In this document: piece by piece, positions 59,126-64,000 of the stretch
Numbering within the stretch: position 1 is the stretch's first letter
Layout: every line of letters begins with the position of its first letter
Virus record (IMG/VR): IMGVR_UViG_3300013947_000019
Span: 160,001 to 224,000 of that record
Strand: one strand, 5' to 3'
Length of the DNA: 64,000 bases
Source: a virus
Lineage: Duplodnaviria; Caudoviricetes
Position numbers and translations under genes: made by a program
Notes under the pieces: generated by a model
What the model saw: the letters and a program-made list of their open reading frames with translations, nothing else
The model's database searches: none
Told to the model about the DNA's origin: nothing

Positions 59126-60768
59126 TTATTACCACCACCCGGCTTCTTTTTCTGAGCATTCTTCTCAGGAATATACCAGGTCTGCAGTGTATAACCAGTC
59201 AGATTATACATCATCTTCCAAATATCATTCATCAGATACAGATCAGCACCCATGCGATTGAAGATAAAGAAATATGCATCCAGAATGATAGCATCATACT
59301 TAGTAGCATCATTACGAGTACACTTCTTCAGAATACGACCCATCATGATAACCATAAGCAGAGCATAAATCATATGAGTATCATTATCTTCATACCCAGG
59401 AATAGTGATCTTACTAATATCCTTTGTATTCTCATCAGTTGCATCTTCACGAGACTTAACCTTATCAACAGCCTCATTATACTTACGAATTGCTACAGGA
59501 AATGCAACTAAATAATTGGCAAGAAGCTGATCCACTTTTCTTTCAGTGCCCTTGAAACCAGGGAAGGGAAGATTCTGCTTACAACGCTTGATAGATTCAA
59601 TAGCACGTTCAGCTTCCATAGTCAGATACTTCATATCGATCTTCTTATTTACCTTAAATCGATCAATCAGAATCTGCAGAAGTTCTTTGAAGAGATCCAG
59701 ATTACAGACAGACATATAGACTTCCATCTTCTGATCACACTCATCAATCTCCTGCTGAATAATTGCACGAGCTCGATTAATAAATCTGATATCAGCCTCA
59801 GTGCCATCCTCAGGAATAGGATAATCCTGCATCAGCTCTTCATATGCTTTCTTATAGTGATCATAGATTACATACCGCTGAGCAAATTCATTATGTACAC
59901 GGTTCGGCATCTTAATTTCCTTAGCCCAGATAGAAGTATCTTCAGGTACATAACGATATGTTTCAGCGACTAATTCGGAGATCTTCTTCTCATCCTTCAG
60001 CATCTCAGCAAACTCAACCTGGCACTGCATGAGTCTCTTCGATACCATCATGAGTTTATTCTCTTCTTCAATATACTCATTCAAATAATCAAACTCAGGA
60101 CCAGTTGTAGTCAGATAAGCGATCGTAGCAATCAGACGATCTTTTGCTGCAGGGTTCCGAAGCTTCATCTCATTATTCGTGATATATACACTCCAGAAAT
60201 CCTCAGGGAGAATTGCACAAATCTGATCCAGAGGCATCTTACGAAGATTCTTAGTCAACTCATCTGCATTAAGTCGCTCCATCTGGAAATGATCCTGCAG
60301 AGCTGTCAATGCTTTAGTGTTCAGATCGATAATCTCATCATCAGTCAGAGAATTATTCTTATCGTTGGATACAGCAAGAGTACGGAAAGCTTCCAGGGTA
60401 CGAGCACGAGCTTCTTCCTTGATATTATCCATATTCTTCTTAATATCACCAGAGTTGACAGTCTTGATCAACTTATCCATCTCATCTGATGCATCTTCTA
60501 CTGAAACAGGAGTCATCTTCTTATCAAGAGATTTGATGTAATCTTTTGCTGGAATCTGAGTAGTATTACCATTAGCATCTACGTCATTGACAACCAGAAT
60601 CGGCTTTTCTCCATACTTAGCTTCCAGTTCCTTCAGAGTTTCCTTTTCAGCATCAGTTAACTCTTCTTTTTCATTAACTCCAAAGTTATCAACATTTGCT
60701 TCTGCATCTTCAATTTTCTGTCCTTCTACCTGCTGCTGCAGATTGGTCAGTTCTTCCATAGTAGACAT
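59122..60768 (-). CDS. Hypothetical alpha-helical protein (548 aa)
   Basis: AAAGGAG RBS. Confidence 0.75.
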   Translation of the reverse strand: MSTMEELTNLQQQVEGQKIEDAEANVDNFGVNEKEELTDAEKETLKELEAKYGEKPILVVNDVDANGNTTQIPAKDYIKSLDKKMTPVSVEDASDEMDKLIKTVNSGDIKKNMDNIKEEARARTLEAFRTLAVSNDKNNSLTDDEIIDLNTKALTALQDHFQMERLNADELTKNLRKMPLDQICAILPEDFWSVYITNNEMKLRNPAAKDRLIATIAYLTTTGPEFDYLNEYIEEENKLMMVSKRLMQCQVEFAEMLKDEKKISELVAETYRYVPEDTSIWAKEIKMPNRVHNEFAQRYVIYDHYKKAYEELMQDYPIPEDGTEADIRFINRARAIIQQEIDECDQKMEVYMSVCNLDLFKELLQILIDRFKVNKKIDMKYLTMEAERAIESIKRCKQNLPFPGFKGTERKVDQLLANYLVAFPVAIRKYNEAVDKVKSREDATDENTKDISKITIPGYEDNDTHMIYALLMVIMMGRILKKCTRNDATKYDAIILDAYFFIFNRMGADLYLMNDIWKMMYNLTGYTLQTWYIPEKNAQKKKPGGGNK

Positions 60769-60790
60769 GTATTACTTCTCCTTTATGTAA

Positions 60791-61582
60791 TTAATCATCA
60801 TCTTCTTCATCCAGATTCTCCTCCTCAGGTTCCGGTTCAATAGGAGGATTACGAAGCTCCATCAGATTATTCTCTTCCATGTAGGGAATGATCATATTAT
60901 TCGTAATATCGATCTGAATCTTACAAATCGTCTGATCATATCGATCGGACTTTCTGAATAGATTATAGATATTATTTACAACACCATGATCGATGATAAT
61001 ACCACGATCTAACAGATCCTTAATTACACTGAAATACATAGGAGACATACCAGATCTCTCTACACATTCAATGAACTTATCCAGTCGAAGTTCAGAATCA
61101 AAGATATCCTCAATAATAGCAGGAAGCTTTGTCATCAGGATATAGAACTCCTTCTTACCATACTGCTCCTTCGGGTAATTAGGAAGTTTTGCATTCATAT
61201 ACTCTGCAGTCAGAACCTTACGATTCTTTGCATTATGAATATATTCTTTCAGGAATACGATAATCAGATCCTGAATCTTACGAATAAAGAATTTATATAC
61301 AGCATTGAAAGCACTGATAATATCTGCATCTTCATCATCACTGAAATCAAATGCGATAGCAGGATACATATTTTCAATTTGCTCAAAAAGATCCAGACAG
61401 ATCTCCTTTAATTCAGAAGTCTTAACAGAATTCTTTAACTTCTTAAAATAGTTTGAAGACCCACCATCGAATGGGTTCTTGATCTGCTCACTGATAAATT
61501 CAATCTGTTCATCAACTGTAGTATTGGACATTAACAGCTCTCGGTTAATCGTATTCATAATGTCCTGTGGACTCATAGGCAT
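60791..61582 (-). CDS. Hypothetical protein (263 aa)
   Basis: GGGGAGG RBS. Confidence 0.75.
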   Translation of the reverse strand: MPMSPQDIMNTINRELLMSNTTVDEQIEFISEQIKNPFDGGSSNYFKKLKNSVKTSELKEICLDLFEQIENMYPAIAFDFSDDEDADIISAFNAVYKFFIRKIQDLIIVFLKEYIHNAKNRKVLTAEYMNAKLPNYPKEQYGKKEFYILMTKLPAIIEDIFDSELRLDKFIECVERSGMSPMYFSVIKDLLDRGIIIDHGVVNNIYNLFRKSDRYDQTICKIQIDITNNMIIPYMEENNLMELRNPPIEPEPEEENLDEEDDD

Positions 61583-61584
61583 AA

Positions 61585-62253
61585 TTATTCATCCTCCCCA
61601 TCTTTCTTATTATTACAATACATATTATAAAAATTATTTTTCAGTTTTACAAGATCATTAATACGATCTTGTAAATAAGTATAATCGTCAATAAATTTAG
61701 CTAAGACATCTTCAAGCCGATATGATGTTGTTCTTAAAGGAATCTTATACACATTATGACCATAAAAGCTTGTATCAGTTACATCTCTTTTATCTAGATC
61801 AGTAATCCATTCGTCATAATGTGCTTTTACACCTTTAAGTGCTGCTTCATTTTTATCGGCTTCTTCAGGAATTAATGTACACGAAAGATCATACCGACTC
61901 TGAAGACGATCGATCCATTTATCTTTTAAATTAATAGAAGGGTATACAAATACGATAGGAATATTATCTAATGTAAAATCACATTGTTTGCGAGTAATGA
62001 TTTCTGTAATTACTGCAGGATGATTGGAAACAAATACATACTTACCATGCTTAGCAAGATGGTAAGCTACTGTAATATAGAATTTTTCCCAATCTTTACA
62101 TTTTTCTACTTTATTAGTAGTAGGATTTGTTAGATTAAAACAAGAACTTTCTAGATCTACATATTGAGCATATGCATTATTTTCAGATGATTTAGATGCT
62201 ACACTAGATTTACCGATTCCCGGGAATCCAATGATAATCATACCGGTATCCAT
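61585..62253 (-). CDS. P-loop NTPase/nucleotide-kinase-like protein
   Basis: IIIGFPGIGKS Walker A; DLESS. Confidence 0.75.
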   Translation of the reverse strand: MDTGMIIIGFPGIGKSSVASKSSENNAYAQYVDLESSCFNLTNPTTNKVEKCKDWEKFYITVAYHLAKHGKYVFVSNHPAVITEIITRKQCDFTLDNIPIVFVYPSINLKDKWIDRLQSRYDLSCTLIPEEADKNEAALKGVKAHYDEWITDLDKRDVTDTSFYGHNVYKIPLRTTSYRLEDVLAKFIDDYTYLQDRINDLVKLKNNFYNMYCNNKKDGEDE

Positions 62254-62402
62254 AATATACCTCCTATATCATATTCTTTATATTCAAGTTTTTCAAAACG
62301 TAGAAAAATAATAAATCTCCTCCAAAAAGAAGACCGAAACATTGATATAATTAGTACAGAATTCATCTGTATATTTATTCAAAGAAATGGAGGAAATTTA
62401 TT

Positions 62403-63191
62403 ATGGCTTTTAAGGTTTATCTGTCCCCTTCTAATCAGATTGGCAATAAGTATGCTTATGGTAATACTTCTGAGGCCGATCAGTGTGAGCAGATTGCTGC
62501 ATATTGTGCTACTGCTCTGAAGCGTTGTGGCATCCAGGTTATGGTTTCTGAGCGTAATCAGACTATGGCTACTCGTGTAGCTAATTCCAAGACCTTTGGT
62601 GCTGATCTGCATGTTCCCATTCATACGAATGCCTATAATGGTGTCGTGATGGGTACGCGTGTCTTCTACTATAGCTCTACTTCCAAGGGCTTCAAGGCTG
62701 CTCAGGCTGTGTACAATGTCCTGGCTCCTCTGTCTCCTGGTAAGTCTGATGCTATGAAGCCGTATCCTGCACTGTATGAGATCAAGAACAGTGATGCTCC
62801 TGCTGTGTATTGTGAGTGCGAGTTCCATGATGCAGTCGAGGGTGCTAAGTGGATCATTGCCAATAAGCAGAATATTGCTGAGGCTATCTGCAAGGGTCTG
62901 TGCAACTATTTTGGTGTTACTTATGTTGCTCCTGTGACTCCGAAGCCCACTCCCACTACGACCTATGTAACTGTCAGCCTGCCCATGGTTCAGTCTGGTT
63001 CTCAGGATGATGCTACTCTGGCTGTTCAGCAGCTGCTAAATGCTAAGGGTTACAATTGTGGTACCGCTGATGGCGAGTATGGTCCTAATACTGCTAATGG
63101 TATCAAGAAGTTCCAGACTGCTAAGAAGCTGTCTGCTGATGGTATTGTTGGTAAGGATACTTGGAATGCCATGCTTGGTGGTAAGAAGTAA
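62403..63191 (+). CDS. N-acetylmuramoyl-L-alanine amidase (Amidase_3) plus PG-binding domain
   Basis: VYLSPSNQ, E, ADLHVPIHTNA, PAVYCECEFHD; DGEYGP and DGIVG repeats; late motif at 62338-62351. Confidence 0.9.
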   Translation: MAFKVYLSPSNQIGNKYAYGNTSEADQCEQIAAYCATALKRCGIQVMVSERNQTMATRVANSKTFGADLHVPIHTNAYNGVVMGTRVFYYSSTSKGFKAAQAVYNVLAPLSPGKSDAMKPYPALYEIKNSDAPAVYCECEFHDAVEGAKWIIANKQNIAEAICKGLCNYFGVTYVAPVTPKPTPTTTYVTVSLPMVQSGSQDDATLAVQQLLNAKGYNCGTADGEYGPNTANGIKKFQTAKKLSADGIVGKDTWNAMLGGKK

Positions 63192-63241
63192 AAAGAATTC
63201 ATAGAAGAATAATCCCCTCCCAACCCGGGAGGGGACTTCTT

Positions 63242-64000
63242 TTATGTCATTGTGCGATCCCTCTGAATAGTACCGAGATATTCAGTTGCTTTCCCTTCTC
63301 GGATTAAATTCATCACTTCATGATTCACATACAGTAGAACTGTATAGATTTTATCAAAGATTGGGTTAGTTAATGTCAATATACCCTCATTAGTTACAGT
63401 ATAAGCAGCTTCAGACATAGAGCCATTTGGATATACTTTTACCATCATCAGATCAGATAGTTTACCACCACGAGCAATAAACTCATCTAATTCTTTTTGG
63501 AATTTTGTATCATACTGATAAATCATATGAGAGAAGTCTAACGATGGATCATCTCCTTCATGGACCACTACGTCAAACTTATTAGTAGCTTTATATCCAT
63601 TGATTTCCAGAGGCCAATCCATATCAGCATATACAGGAGAGATTACAGAGATATCATCTGGAGTTTCAGGAATATACTCTTTTAATGGAGTATAGTATTT
63701 TTCAGGTACCGTCAGAATAAATTCAGAAGGCATATCTACATTCAGTGTAAATTCATCTGTAATGCGAGCACCCCATTCAATTGCATTTGATGTCTCTGGA
63801 CTATCCTTAGAAGGCAGATTAGGAACATCGAATCGAATATTCATCTCCAATAATAATTGGAAGACTAACTGGTCTCGCATATTCACTACTTTCGTAATAG
63901 GATATCGAGAAATAGAATTCAAAAACTTTAAGAACTCTTCAGAACGATAATCATATCCATGAATTTGTGCAATCAGCTGAATCTGCTTATCTGGCAAATA
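63242..64000 (-). CDS. Hypothetical protein, 5' end probably outside the window
   Basis: Frame open to the window edge. Confidence 0.65.
   Translation of the reverse strand, partial: YLPDKQIQLIAQIHGYDYRSEEFLKFLNSISRYPITKVVNMRDQLVFQLLLEMNIRFDVPNLPSKDSPETSNAIEWGARITDEFTLNVDMPSEFILTVPEKYYTPLKEYIPETPDDISVISPVYADMDWPLEINGYKATNKFDVVVHEGDDPSLDFSHMIYQYDTKFQKELDEFIARGGKLSDLMMVKVYPNGSMSEAAYTVTNEGILTLTNPIFDKIYTVLLYVNHEVMNLIREGKATEYLGTIQRDRTMT

Noticed and set aside
1-64000. Stop-codon reassignment
   Set aside because: Genes are full length and densely packed under the standard code, with TAA, TAG and TGA all used as stops.

Overview
This window is a 64-kb segment of an AT-rich jumbo myophage genome. 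The host is probably a Firmicutes/Clostridia species, judging by the strong AAGGAGG RBSs and the CHAP and amidase lysins. It encodes split multisubunit RNA polymerase pieces, tail sheath and tube, baseplate/chaperone genes, large putative head proteins, two endolysins, polyphosphate kinase, a Dps-like protein, an HNH endonuclease and a serine recombinase. Two systems stand out. (1) A dispersed tail-fibre/receptor-binding cassette-switching system. One promoter-bearing + strand expression gene (14254..15462) carries a site CCRGA-N4-CT-N7-GGC(CAG) at codon 63. Seven related sites lie on the - strand between 19.7 and 54 kb. Six of them sit just behind a terminator, and all seven precede either an in-frame fibre C-terminal cassette with no credible start or a self-contained fibre operon. 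(2) An RNAP beta'-like gene whose catalytic GADYDGD motif is split by two ORF-less group I introns flanking a 2-nt micro-exon; the P1/P10 pairings imply ordered splicing. Also seen: a probable -1 frameshift in a tail chaperone, a frameshifted fibre C-terminus, two phage promoter motifs, protease-site-punctuated head polyproteins and a structured intergenic RNA candidate. All calls come from reading the sequence by eye; no database searches were run.
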